From: Raja brachyura
Taxonomy: Eukaryota
DNA: 64,000 bases
Direction: 5' to 3'
NCBI GenBank assembly: GCA_963514005.1
Contig: OY740783.1
Coordinates: 79,918,001 to 79,982,000, forward strand
Both the position numbers and the translations under genes were made by a program. Under the pieces are notes generated by a model. It saw only the letters and a program-made list of their open reading frames with translations. It was not told the DNA's origin and ran no database searches. Shown in pieces: positions 26,960 to 39,190 of the stretch (its first letter is position 1; every line of letters begins with the position of its first letter).

Positions 26960-27210
26960 GAACAAACAGTACAGCATAGGAACAGGCTCTTCAGCCCACA
27001 ATGCTCTGACAAACTTGATGCCTAGATAAATTAATCGTATCTGCCTGCTCATGATCCATACCCCTCCATTCAAAGCATATCCATGTGCATTTCTAACAAC
27101 CTCTTAAACACCACTATTGTACTATAACTCCTCCTCCACCAGCAGCTGCCAACAATTCCGGGTACCCACCACTCTCTGTATAAAAAAACGCCCCACACAT
27201 CTCCTTTAAA
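26960..27210 (-). mobile_element. CR1 3' tail fragment
   Basis: ACAGCATAGGAACAGGCTCTTCAGCCCAC...CACCACTCTCTG is a CR1 3' UTR in reverse orientation. Confidence 0.7.
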
Positions 27211-27589
27211 TGATGAAAGTTGGTGGATTTATAATTAACCTGTGACCTATAGCAGTGATTCTGCTTGCCTGAGGAGGAGTTTAAGAAAAATGTTGCAGAA
27301 CATATTTAACATTTTTTCTCCCCTTTGATGTGTCTTTCTCAGCAACGCTGTGCTAGAGCTGAGGACCTGAGGGGAATCTGCACAAACATAGAGTCCTGAT
27401 GCACAGGCCATCACAAGTATGGGACAAACCAGCAGGACTTTTCCTGCCTACTAATTTCATTCATCTTCTACTCATACATGTATGAACAAATAGAAGAGCA
27501 AAAATAACCACAAAGTAAGACTGCACCGTCCCAGCACTGAGAGCAATTATCTGTTAATCAAAATAATTCATCCAGCAAGTTTAAAAACA

Positions 27590-27858
27590 AGGACGGTGCC
27601 AGGTAGAGTTGCCGCCTTACAGCAGCAGAGACCCGGGTTCGATCCTGTCTATGGATGTTGTCTTTACTGAGTTTGTACATTCTCCCCGTGACCATGTTGG
27701 TTTTCTCCAGGTTATCTAGTTTCCTCCGGATCTCCAAAGACATACAGGTTTGTAGATTAATTGGCTTCGGTAAAAATTTGAAATTGTCCCTTGGGTACTT
27801 GGACTCGGTGGGCCGAAGAGCCTGTTTCAGCGCTGTATTTCTAAACCTAAAAACTAAA
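27590..27858 (+). mobile_element. tRNA-derived SINE (HE1-like)
   Basis: GGTAGAGTTG..GACCCGGGTTCGATCC head, GGGCCGAAGAGCCTGTTTC tail, (CTAAA)n. Confidence 0.9.
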
Positions 27859-28100
27859 GGGTAACAGTTGGATGCCTGTTGGAACACTATTACATCCACA
27901 CAATGCACATGCCAACTTAGAGGCATTTGGAGATACTCAGTTATCTCCTAGTCCTAACCTACCAAATTGTTCTGGGAGATATCTTCATTACAAAAGAGAT
28001 TCACCATCTTCTCAAGGGTAACTATTGGTGGGTAATGAATAGCAGGGTTGAGAATATTGAGTATATCCCGAGATCAACATTAAAAAAAAATCTACTCCAA

Positions 28101-29086
28101 TTCAGGTGGCGCCAGCAAGTAGCTGCCTTGCCAACAGTCTGTCTGTCCTTTCCTCTTGTTTTGTTATTTTAACTACGTGTTCAAAAGTATGTTTTATTGT
28201 TCCTTGGTTTGTTTCATGTGCGGGGTTGGGGAGGAGTTGGGGAAACTTTTTTCCATCTCTTATCACAACGGAGATGCGATTTTTTTTCGGTATCGTATAT
28301 CCATCCCCAATGCGGCTTAACATCGTAGAGTTGGTGGCCTTTCCTGGAGACTGACCCAGCGGTTCAACCACAGGCGAAGAGCGGACTTTTCTCTGCTAAA
28401 AGAACTCTGCAACTATAATTGAGCACGCCCAGGAGTGACAGAGGTCACATGCTTATGTTAATATTAACCTTTTTTTCACCCAGTTTTATTCCACCAGGGA
28501 GGTCTCACCTTCCACTACCTGCAACCTCCGGTAACCACCTTCAACTAGCATCACAACCGGCTTAGACTAAAAAATTACCGATTTTTAAAACGGCAACCTA
28601 TTTTTTAAATAATCGCCGGAACATAGAAGAAGCTCAACTACGCGGAACCAACTTTCGACCATTAGGGAGAGTGACAAAAACCTCCGGGAACCTCACGGAA
28701 ACCTTGGGTGGGGCGCAAGGTCTCCAGAGGTTTCCGTTCAGGTTTCCTAAGTGGGACAGGGGCTTAAGCCGTGGAGAGTTTAAACCGTTCCGCCAAGGGA
28801 GTTTTGATCACCCCGATGCGATAGCTGCGGGAGCTTTGATGTCCCCGATTGTGGATGGTTCGACAGCCCCAACCACGGGAGAATAAAGAGGGAGATGATT
28901 GGACTTTATTGCCTTCCATCACAGTGAGGAATGTGGGGAGCCACTGTGGTAGATGTTTATATTAACTTTTATTTTATGTGGCTGTGTGTCTTGTTGAGTT
29001 TCACTTAGTATGGCTATATGGTAAATCAAATTTCACTGTACCTTAATTGGTACACGTGACAATAAACTGACCTTGAATCCTTGAAA
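28101..29086 (+). mobile_element. Non-autonomous retroposon with a Rex1/Babar-type 3' tail
   Basis: Starts TTCAGGTGGCGC; ends TTTCACTGTACCTTAATTGGTACACGTGACAATAAA plus CTTGAA repeats; homologous to 46921-47568 and 59779-60542. Confidence 0.8.
28490..28766. mobile_element. Partial Harbinger-type MITE (right TIR only)
   Basis: AAGTGGGACAGGGGCT followed by TAA at 28749-28768; left TIR not found. Confidence 0.7.
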
Positions 29087-31095
29087 CAAATATCTGTGTT
29101 CATAGCCCACCAAATACATGCCAATCAGTCATTCATTAATCCAAATTTTCAACCCACAGAACAAAGAGGGACCCGGCGTGGGGGGGGCTGCCAAGGACCA
29201 AGATATACCATTGGGACTACGTTGAACACTTTGTCAATGCCCTATACTCTTGGCATATTTTGTGTAAGGAATGCAAAACAAAGTATTGTGCTGCGACATG
29301 TCACATGTGACAATAAGGTATCATACATTCTTCCAGATATTATCACTCACCGACACTCCAAGGCAGTGGTCTGTGATGTGGGAAAAACTGGAGAATGACA
29401 AGGAAACCTACACAGTCACAGGGAGTATGTGGGGCAGCAGTTCTACCAGCTGCACCTCTCTGCCACCCTCGCATATATTAAATCATTCTGCTGCTTCTGC
29501 ATGAACTGGTCCCAATTAGCACAATGGCCTAGAAATCCTTCAAAGTATGAAAATACCATGAAGCAATGCTGCGCAAGAGGCATATACTAAATTTGTGAAA
29601 GGTCCCAACAGTCCAATATTCACTGTGCACAAGACCCAATGGACTAATCACAATGGAGTTAGTTTTATACAATAAATGTGCTAAATGGTTTTTCCTCTGC
29701 ACTCTCCCTTCAGAGGAAATGTACAGGAAACAAATTGGGGAAGTGAGAGAAGATTGAAGTGGGAGGATTGTGGAAGGTGAGGACAGGAGACAAGGGCCAT
29801 ATTTGGAGGCAAGCCAATGTTGGGGGGATGGGTGGAGGGTATAATCGAAAGATTAAACGAGAACTTACCATTTTAAGTTTGATCTTTATTTTATGAGAAG
29901 TCGGAGTGAGAGACTACGTGAAGAACCCACCAGACCGCATGCGCGTCAATCTTCAAAGCAACTATATGAAACTGCAGACCACTTGCACCAAATTAAACTA
30001 TAGAAAGGTTAATAATGCGTGACTTACCGAATGATCTTTATGAGATTCAGGGTTGGGAGTGGAGGGCACGTAGTCCCTCACTCCAACTTCTCATAAAATA
30101 AAGATCAAATTTCAAACGGTAAGTTCTTGTTTAATCTTTCTATTTTATATTGCGTGATCAGACTGTGTGAAGCCTTCGAAGCTCTATGGTTTCATGCAGT
30201 AAACCAATCTGTATGTGAAAACACTACACAGATAAACCACAAATGGTAGAAAAGACATGGGCCATTAACAACATGATGCAAACTTTACGAACATGTACAT
30301 CGCCCTTAATTGGACCACAGTCCCAATTGCCTTTGGGTTAGACAATAGCTCATGCAGCACTGTTCAGAATTCTATCTGCAAACGTCCAGACATGTTCAAC
30401 AATATTCTATAACTTCTGAAAGTGCGTTCATCTGAGCTTCCTGCTGTTGCAAGAACGTGATCAAAGGTGAATATCCATTCTATTGGCTGCTGACGAGCCA
30501 TCCGCCCTTGTAGAGTGAGACTTTAAATTATTTGAATTCACTCCCGCTTTCAGCTGCTTACACTCTATCCATCTTGAAATAGTCTGCACCAACAATCTCT
30601 TGTGAAACTGTGATATAACTATGAAGAAACTTATCCTTCATCTCATAGGTTCTTCGTAACCTCAGTGTACCTTTTCACATAATAAACACTCCCAATCTCC
30701 AATCTGGTGGGTATGCTATAAATTCCAACTTGTACCCAACCGTGCCTGTTCTGCTTTATGAGGCCATTCACATAAAATGCTACCCTGTTGTCAGGTATGA
30801 CCGAGAGATCCAGACAGACATTGTGCAAATACTGTGCTCTTTGTGCTGAAATCAGTGTCATAAGTGTAACTAACTTAAGAGTAGCTGCTTCAACGTTAGG
30901 GATGCAGCTGATGATAATCTGCATAAAAATTTATACTGATTACACATTCCACACTACTTTGTATCTAGGCTTTAGAGTGTTCATATAAAAGACACCTTCC
31001 ATAACCTTAGTCAACAGTGGGTGAGAACCAATCATTTATTGTCCCACATAGTACTAGAAACTGTGACAAAGCAATACAAGCAGTGTTAATTGCGC

Positions 31096-31236
31096 TTCTT
31101 CTTCTTCTTGCGTATGGCGTGCACAGCCTAAAGTTGTAAGACTACTTGTTCTGTTTGCTCTTCTGTTTGTGCATGCCAGGTTGATTGCATTTGTTGAAAC
31201 AGGGTGGACCACGTGAAGGTTGCAATCTCCCACCCC
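31096..31236 (-). mobile_element. About 140-bp SINE-like retroposon with a (GAA)n tail, possibly a non-autonomous Vingi/RTE derivative
   Basis: 11-bp TSD GTT(A/C)ATTGCGC at 31085-31095 and 31237-31247; GGGG 5' start; ends GCCATACGCAAGAAGAAGAAG; interrupts the DIRS recombinase. Confidence 0.8.
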
Positions 31237-33649
31237 GTTCATTGCGCTATAACAGTCGCTTCTCTTAAACCCAAACTGAAAAAAACCCACAAACCTCTGC
31301 TACTCCTGTTTAAAAGTAGCTCACGTGTCACTTCACAAAACTTTCCATACAACCATGCAGTGATAGGTGCACGAGAGATAGGTTGAACTAGCCACCGCTT
31401 GTGTCTTCAAGCAAATATAGGAGCTTCTTTCAGCGAACTTATTTACAATGGAAGACATGGTTGAGTAGGCCAATTTGGCACTACTATAATTCATGTTGCC
31501 TTATCTTGAATTATCTTAGGAGGCATCTACTGATAAATACCCTGAGTCTTATCTGTGGGTAGGGTCCGAGACATATCTGCAGAGTTTATGACAAAATCTA
31601 AACATGTTATAGGTAATGCCGGCTCCAGTATGGACTTTCCTGGATGAATAACAAACCCTAGATATTCTAGGAGTGCCTTGGTTGCTGAAACAGCTAACTG
31701 TGACACCTGATCTCTTCCCTACAATTAGCATGTCCTCTATAAACTCCATGACAAAATGCCCTTTAGATCTGAGTAGAGCAACATTGACTTTAGAATCTTT
31801 GTAAATAGCCCAGCGTTGGTTAACCCCTTTGGAAGAGCCTAAAATTTCCACAACTGGCCTTGCCAGATACACCTCAGATATATCCTGTGACTCTCAGGTA
31901 TTGATATGGAAAAGTATGCATCTTCAAGATTGATTGAGGCCCTAAAGCAATCCTCTGTAATCAGCTATTTTGCTGAATGAAAATTATCCATCTTAAAATG
32001 GTTATTCCAAGCACATGTTCTGACCAGCCAAATCCTAGAATGATTTGGCATACTCCACTTTTTTTCAACCTTGAGAAGATATTAGAAATATATCCCTCTT
32101 GTTCATGGGCAGACTGCTCATCCTTTGTGAAATTTCTCTGTTTCAACTTGGATAGCCATAGTTTCCTCTTTAGACCATATGTACGGAAATCTTGGCTTCT
32201 CTTGCCACGGAGGAAATTGATCAGCCAGAAACCGAATCCTATAACCATTTATGATTTGTAAAATGGAAAGATCGGAGGTTATCTGTCCCCGCCTGTTGTT
32301 GAACAGTCTCAACCTATCTCCGACTTGAATATCGTCAGCACATCTCATGTGACTGATAGAATAATATTTGCATACCTCAACGGCCTACACCTCATTGTCG
32401 CTTTGCTGTCCATGATGAGACAGACGGTGGCTGTAGATATGACCAAGGCAGTTTCTAAGAAAGCACTTGCTATAAAAACCACCAAAGCTGACAATGAAAT
32501 AATAGACAAAAGGTGATCATCACCCCCTGTCTCAGGGTTGCCACCAAGATCCAGCAACCCTGAGACTGACACCACCAAAAGTGGCCTTAGGCGGATGATC
32601 AATAGAGCCAACTGACCCTAGACTTTGCTCTATCCCCCTGGCTCAGGCATCGTGGCCAGCTGGGGAACGATACTGAGTATGTGGAGTGTGCTGCCTGCAT
32701 GGTGAGCGCTGAAAACCTGCAAATAAAAAGCCCTCTGGCTTGGTTTTAATTGTGTAGGCCTGGTGCTCCAACCAGCCTCAGTGTAGCGGTATCTGCTGCT
32801 AGTTTGGTAGTGATCAAATGCATGCAGGTAAATGGGAGTCTTACCCACAAAGGGTGTCTTTACCACACCCACCGCAGCCTTGAATTCCTCTTGCAAGTCT
32901 TTTACTTGCTAGCCCAATTCTTCTCCAAAGAGATACTTGCAGACTGCACATACTAGCCTTGCACAAAATTAGCATATATTGGGTTGATCTCAGGCCTATA
33001 CCATCCTAACACAATTGAGTTTAAACTGTGCATTACACAAAAGTGCTAAGGCGTCTACTGCAATTCAGACAGCTGAGTTCCCTCCACCAACCTTTCAAAG
33101 GCCGTAATCCTTCTTTGAGAATTCTCTGAACTCGCTGGAGTTTAAAGCCTTTTGACTTTATTTTACCCTTCAGATAGCCCCAAATGGTGGCATTAACCTA
33201 CAGACCTCCAGTGTCTGGCAGACATCTGGACTAGCATACTATCCAGCAGTGTCCTGCATGATCTTCTCAATCAACTGATGATTATTTATTTATTTACTTT
33301 TTGCAACACGTACCTGCAAGTCAGGTAAAAATGCTACATGCCAGTTCGCCTTTACTGATTTACCTATCCCCGAGAGGATGGCAAATGCTGATCCAGCATG
33401 CTGGCAACTCTATTTAGCCGAGCTGAAAGAATTTAGCACGTGTTGAGGGAATCCTCAAACTCCCTGCCTCTGAGCAGGGGATATCCTCAAATATCTGAAT
33501 TTGACTGCCTCTATCAATGAAATGTACCTTCTTCACTCTTGTGGGCAGCCTGATTTCAATCATCGATGTTGAGTCAGTCCTTCCCTGACCAATATGATCC
33601 ATTTGGACAACCATTTTAAGTTGATCTACCCTGAACCAGGGTAGACAAG

Positions 33650-34222
33650 CTGCTCCTTCTGGAAGCTTTCACAGAGGTTGCTGTGCAGGCCACCCTGCCA
33701 GTGTCTCTGAGCCCAGTTGCAACAAGCTGCTCCATTTCGGAACTTACAGAGGTTGCTGTGCAGACCTGAATCCAGGTCGCCAACCTGCTCTTTTTCAGAG
33801 CCAGCGGAAGGTACTGGACAGACTATGCTGCCAGTGTTTCCAAGCCAGGGTCGCCAGGCTGCTCCATTTCGGAGCTTTCACAAAAGTTATTAAGTATACC
33901 TTACCTGCCAGCATCTCCGAGCCCGGGTCAATCTCCTTATCGGAGCTTCAGCGTAGTTCCTTTTGCAGGCTGTGCCTGTTCAAATCTTCGGCCCCATGCT
34001 TGACAAACTGCTCCCTTTCGGAGCTTTCAATGGAGGTTGCTGTGCTGATCTGGCCAGCCAGTGTCTCCGAGCTCGGTGAGACAGGCTGCTCCTTCGGAAC
34101 CTTGGTGGAGCTTATGGTGCAGGACGCGCCTGCCAGTTGCTCCAGGGCCGGCCGCCTGCTCCCTTCTGGAGCCTCAACGGTGGTAGCTGTACAGGTCGCG
34201 CCTGTCAGCCTCTCCGAGCCCG
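33650..34222. repeat. Degenerate tandem repeat of about 75 bp in the 5' (gag) region of the DIRS element
   Basis: CTGCTCC.TT.CGGAGC and TGCCAGTGTCTC.GAGC recur near 33650, 33728, 33786, 33859, 34008, 34087 and 34157. Confidence 0.75.
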
Positions 34223-35961
34223 TTGCATTCCTGTAAACAAATACAGCTTACCTGCCGGAGCATTTTGAATCTGCGAATCCCGCGCCATGCGACGACGTAT
34301 TGATGCGCATGCAGGCTGGCGGGTTCTTCATGCAGTCTCATCACGAGACTTCGATATAAAATCAGGAACGAGAGAGATGATCTGGATAGGGACTGGGGAG
34401 ATTATTCAATGGTGCAGTGCTAAGAGTTGATCAATGAGGTCCTGGGATGGCAAACTAGAAGGGAATGACAAAATGTTTGGAAAGGCCTACGGCACTTGGG
34501 AAGGGTATGGAAAAAATTGGAGTAGAGGCTATTTGCAGAAAGTAGAGGGTGGTGCTAAACAATAACGGTGAATATTTGATGATGGAATTTAATTGAGGAA
34601 GATGTTGGCCACAACGCTGGTGTCCTCAAAGTATTTTAATTAACATTGATGCTGACATTAACCCTATGCATAGACCTGTTTCAATGTTTGAGGCATGTAC
34701 CACTCAAGGGAATCAAATGCGAAGGAGGATTCTGCATGAGTACAGTAAGAAGCCCTTCATGTTGTATACCAAACCATGTGAACAGCTACCTTTGACCACA
34801 CTCACTGGAGACCTAAATCAAATCTTTGGAGGTGCGCTTCACTGGCAAACATTCTGAATGAGTTCAGTAATAGGCCTTCCAATACACCTCACATATGTCA
34901 CATATAAGAACATGGTGCCCACAAGAGAATTCTTAGGTCATTTCATGATGCAAACATGTGACTGCAATTAACGGGTGCACTCGCAAATGGAACCAAGGCT
35001 GCTGCTAGAATTGGAAACTGAAGAATATGGCAGGCAGGCACGAATGTGGGTCAGACCGGATGTCTTGGGTGATGGGAAATTCAGAAAATTGAAGAGAAAA
35101 GGCAAGGTAATAAGATATGTCATCGTAGGCAAGGTTTTACAGGCAGTCAGTAAATTGTAACTGAGATGGGAAGGTAACAAATAAAAGCAAAATTAAAAGG
35201 TCTCTATCTAAGAAAGTAGTAAGTGGTGAATTAGATGCAAGTAAATGAATGAATTGATCTGAAAGTCAGTAGAAATGTGTTGCTGGAAATTGCTCTGAAC
35301 TTCTTTCTCAGCATTAATGCATCATTGCACATGACCATAATGCTACTTAAAAAAGCTCTGAAAAAAGTTGTGAATTTTGACATAGCTATTTAAACTGCTT
35401 GGTTTGGATTCCTTCTGCAACAGCCAGCTGTTTTAGAAAAAATTGGCTGTTTTGCAAAGCTCCAGTTGAATTTCTTACAGCTGTCAGCACTTAAATACTC
35501 AGTTAACAGCTTCTGAACTTGCGTTAAAGCATTGGCTTTTGATTTACATAAACCACCCACGAGAAATATGCTTTACAATTATCACACTTTACAAGATTCA
35601 TATTTTTTTTCCAATTTCTGAAGACATATATGCCATGTTTGTCCTTGTGCCTACAACGGCCCCGCACTCTTCCACCCACTGCCTCCCTACTGCTACTCTC
35701 ATGCTTCTAGACGACTCTTCACTGCTCTGGTTTCTCTGCTCAACTTTACTGTCCTAGTATTTATTTTCTCCTTGCTAGGCCTGTACCCTCCAGTTCTGTA
35801 TTCCAATGTCATACAGTGTTATGTTTGTGCTGACCATTACTGCACACAATGTTACACTGCAATAGACCTGTACCAATAGTTAGTATATGCAGTTATAGCA
35901 AAACAGACCTGAGTTCACCCATATTGTACCCCAGTGTTACACTGCAATAGTGTAATTATAC

Positions 35962-36150
35962 TCAAATTCAAATTCACATTTATTGTTACATGCACCAATT
36001 AAGGTACCATGATATTTGAGTTACCCTGGAACCTTACAATTAAAAAAACACAACACAATTAAGAGAACGATAGAACTTAACACAAACATCCACTACAGTG
36101 ATCACTGTGATGGAAGGCAATAAACTTCAGTCAGTCTTCCTCCTTTCGTG
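35962..36150 (-). mobile_element. 3' fragment of the Rex1-tailed non-autonomous family
   Basis: TTTATTGTTACATGCACCAATTAAGGTAC and CACTGTGATGGAAGGCAATA are reverse complements of the family's blocks. Confidence 0.8.
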
Positions 36151-36803
36151 AGTACTCTACTCTAATACTGTATATGGTGGCAGATGTGATTCACAATACA
36201 TATCCCAGTGATATGTGAGAACTATACCTACCTGTATTATAACCCAGTGGTATACAGTCCCAGACATGTGCCCACATAGACCACAGCCCAATCTTTATTA
36301 ATAACACCATGCCCACCAGTACAATATGCAGACTTGAATATAGACCTGAATATGAACTCAGGCCCAGAAGATTGGACCTGGTCCAATAGGGTTCCCAAGT
36401 CTCTGGTTCATGGGTTTCTAAATTTTTATTTCCTGGACTCATTAGTCCAGTCTTGACATCAGCTGGGGAATCATGCATGGTGCTTTATGGACTGGGTGGA
36501 AACCTGCTGGGCAGCTCAGTTTGGGTCTTCAGCTCTGTTTGGGTCATCATCCCTCCTATTCTCCACACACTGCCCGAATGACATGGCAGCCTGTTGCTTC
36601 TATCCTGGAGATCCCTAGGAATGGGGAAGCCAAAATACTTAAACCCCTGACGCCTGAGTCTACCGTGGGCACTCTTTAACTCAGTGGGACAGGCAGCATC
36701 TCTGGAGAGAAGGAATGGGTGACGGGATGACATTTCCAAAATTCTGCTGCGTCTTTGTGTAACTCCAGCACTGTGTGTTCACTTTTTGTCAACCAGCATC
36801 TGC

Positions 36804-37069
36804 CCTTTCTTGTGTATGACATTATTTGTATCCGTAGCAGTTGATTGTCGCTCCCTTCAGTTTACCCCATGGGCAATCTCTACCAAAGTATCAGCCCACA
36901 CAGTCAGTACACCTCTCCTACACTTGTCTCCCGTACTAAGTCACCCCAACAACCCCCCCCCCCCTCCCACCCCACCTTTCCCTCCCAACTCCAGTCCCAA
37001 CCCCTTGGGAAACTGAAGGGAGAGACAATCAACTGCCACAGATACAAATAATGTCATACACAAGAAAGG
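36804..37069. repeat. Long inverted repeat (arms about 65 bp; MITE-like or fold-back)
   Basis: CCTTTCTTGTGTATGACATTATTTGTATC...CCCTTCAGTTT at 36804 and its reverse complement ending at 37069. Confidence 0.85.
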
Positions 37070-37087
37070 TTGGGGGGGAGTTTCTGT

Positions 37088-37736
37088 CTTACAGCTCCAG
37101 AGACCTGGAGTCAATCCTGACTATGGGTCACTCGGGAGTTTGAACGTTCTCCCCGTGACCAGTTCTGAAGCAGGGTGGCACGGTGGCGCAATGGCGGCAC
37201 ACGGTTTAGGGTGGCACGGTTACGCAGCGGTGGAGTTGCTGCCTTACAGAGCTTGCAGCTTCGGAGACCAAGGTTCGATCCCGACTACGGGTGCTGTCCG
37301 TATGGGGTTTGTATGTTCTCCCCGTGACCGCGTGGGTTTTCACACTCCAAAGACATACAGGTTTGTAGATTAATTGGCTTGGTGTATGTGTAAATTGTTC
37401 CTAATGTGTGTAGGATAGTGTTAATGTGTGGGGATTGCTGATCGGTGCGGACTCGGTGGGATGGAGCCTTTTTCTGTGCTGTATCTCGAGAACTAAAACT
37501 AAAACTAAATGGTCTCGACCTGAAACGTCACCCATCCCTTTTCTCCAGAGATGCTGCCTGACCCGCTGAGTTACTCCAGCATTGTATGTCTATCTCCCCT
37601 TGACCACGTGGGCAGTGTGCAATAGTCACCAATTGTTCCTGGTGTGTAGGATGGTGTCCATGTATGGGGATCGCTGGATGGAGGACTCAATCCTGAAGGG
37701 CCTGTCCCCTGCTGTATCTCTAACGTAAACTAAAAT
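37088..37736 (+). mobile_element. Nested SINE / Penelope end / SINE cluster
   Basis: Outer SINE at 37088-37161 and 37593-37736; Penelope end at 37162-37172 and 37511-37592; inner HE1-like SINE at 37173-37510 with GGTTCGATCCC B box. Confidence 0.85.
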
Positions 37737-38809
37737 TCTTCATTACATTTCAAACACTTTCACACATTGCTGGCATCTTCCCTCATATTGCATTCACATC
37801 TGACTCACACATGCTGCTTCTGCCTCCCTTCTTTTCCTCGTCCTTGGGCACTTTTCCAAATGCCTGCCATTCTTCTCTCTCTCTCTTTCTCTCTAACATT
37901 GATTGCAGCTTTGCCTGTCTTCCTCTCCCTCTACTCTTATGTGACTCCTCCATTCCGTTACCCTGATGTCCTTGCTGTTTCCCCTACTCCTTCCTTGTGC
38001 ACCCCTCCTGATTTCCCCCCTCTTTCTTTCTCTGTGCACCTCTCCTTGTCTACCATTCTCCCTGCCTCTCTCCCACACACTTAGTTCGTGCTCCACTTCT
38101 TGGTAGATGTGCACGTCCCACCATGCCAGCACTACTCACTAAAGCTGTGCTAAAGTCAGGAGCCACACTTTGATAAAAGGAAATGCTACAGCGGGTCAGG
38201 AGCCCATTGGTCCAGGCCTGGCAGCAGATATGGCTGAGGGTAAACATGCAGCTTGGTGTATAGTCTAAAGTGTTAGACTAGACAGGATTGTGTAGGCTTA
38301 GGAGCTGCAGAGATGCTCACCGTAGTATGGTACAACCTTGAAAAGTTACATTTCTACAGAGCTCTTTAACTTCCATAATCTTTCATGAGCAAACATTTTC
38401 ACTCTCCCCACAACTTTTCATGTTTTCTCTCTCTTTCTCCCTCCTTCTATCCCTCCCTCCCTTCCTCCACCCTTCCCACCCACCTTCCCTCCCTCTCATA
38501 TACACAAGCTGCTTCTATGCCTCACCTATTTTTCAATTATAATCTGTGGCAAACTCATTCATTGACCATAACCATATTTCTGACTTACACTTTGCCCAGT
38601 GACTTACGCTTTGCCCCTTACTCAATAAATATTAATGTAGTGACATCCCCTGCGCAACAATGTCATGCAACAATAGAAGGAGGCCACAGCGTCACTCCCA
38701 ACTTTTACAAGTGCTTACTATTGTTGGCGAAGGCTATCTAGAATGGACACCTGGGTTTTCCAGCCTGGGGGCCCACCTCAGCCCAGACAAAAGGTAGATT
38801 TGGAGGAGA

Positions 38810-39190
38810 AAATTTGTTGGACAAATTTTGTTTGTTTTCTCCAGTACATTGGAGGTTGAGGTGAGACCTGAATAGAAGTATATAAAATTATGAGATGCAC
38901 AGGTTGGATAGACTGTCAGAAGATTTGAATCAGGCTAAAAATGTAAAAGATGAGAGGGCATAGCTTTAAGGTGAGATGTTTACACAGAAAGTGATGAGTG
39001 CCTCAAATGCATTGCCGGTGGTGGTGGTGGAGGCAGATTTGATAGTGGTATTTAAGAGGCTTTGAGATAGCTACATGGATATGCATGACAAGGAAGCAGA
39101 GGAGATTAGTTTAATTTAGCATCATGTTAAAAAACTGATATTGTGGACCAAAGGGCCTGTTCCTGTGCTGTACACATCAATGTTCTATGT
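38810..39190 (+). mobile_element. Old CR1 3' fragment
   Basis: GGAGGTTGAGGTGAGACCTGAATAGAAGTATATAAAAT; tail AAGGGCCTGTTCCTGTGCTGTA. Confidence 0.75.

Larger units (their letters stand above)
29843..34362 (-). mobile_element. DIRS1-like tyrosine-recombinase retrotransposon; termini complete, ORFs decayed
   Basis: ITRs at about 29910-29950 and 34299-34339; ICR at 30067-30172 complementary to both termini; minus strand YR motifs TLKLVTLMTLISAQR, KSHSTRA and YSAMN/INTA; RT motifs FSRLKKSG, HFKM and NLEDAYFSI. Confidence 0.92.

Noticed and set aside
37173-37290. Possible tRNA genes (also at about 9500 and 27600)
   Set aside because: These are tRNA-derived SINE heads that continue into SINE core and LINE-like tail, with no complete cloverleaf.
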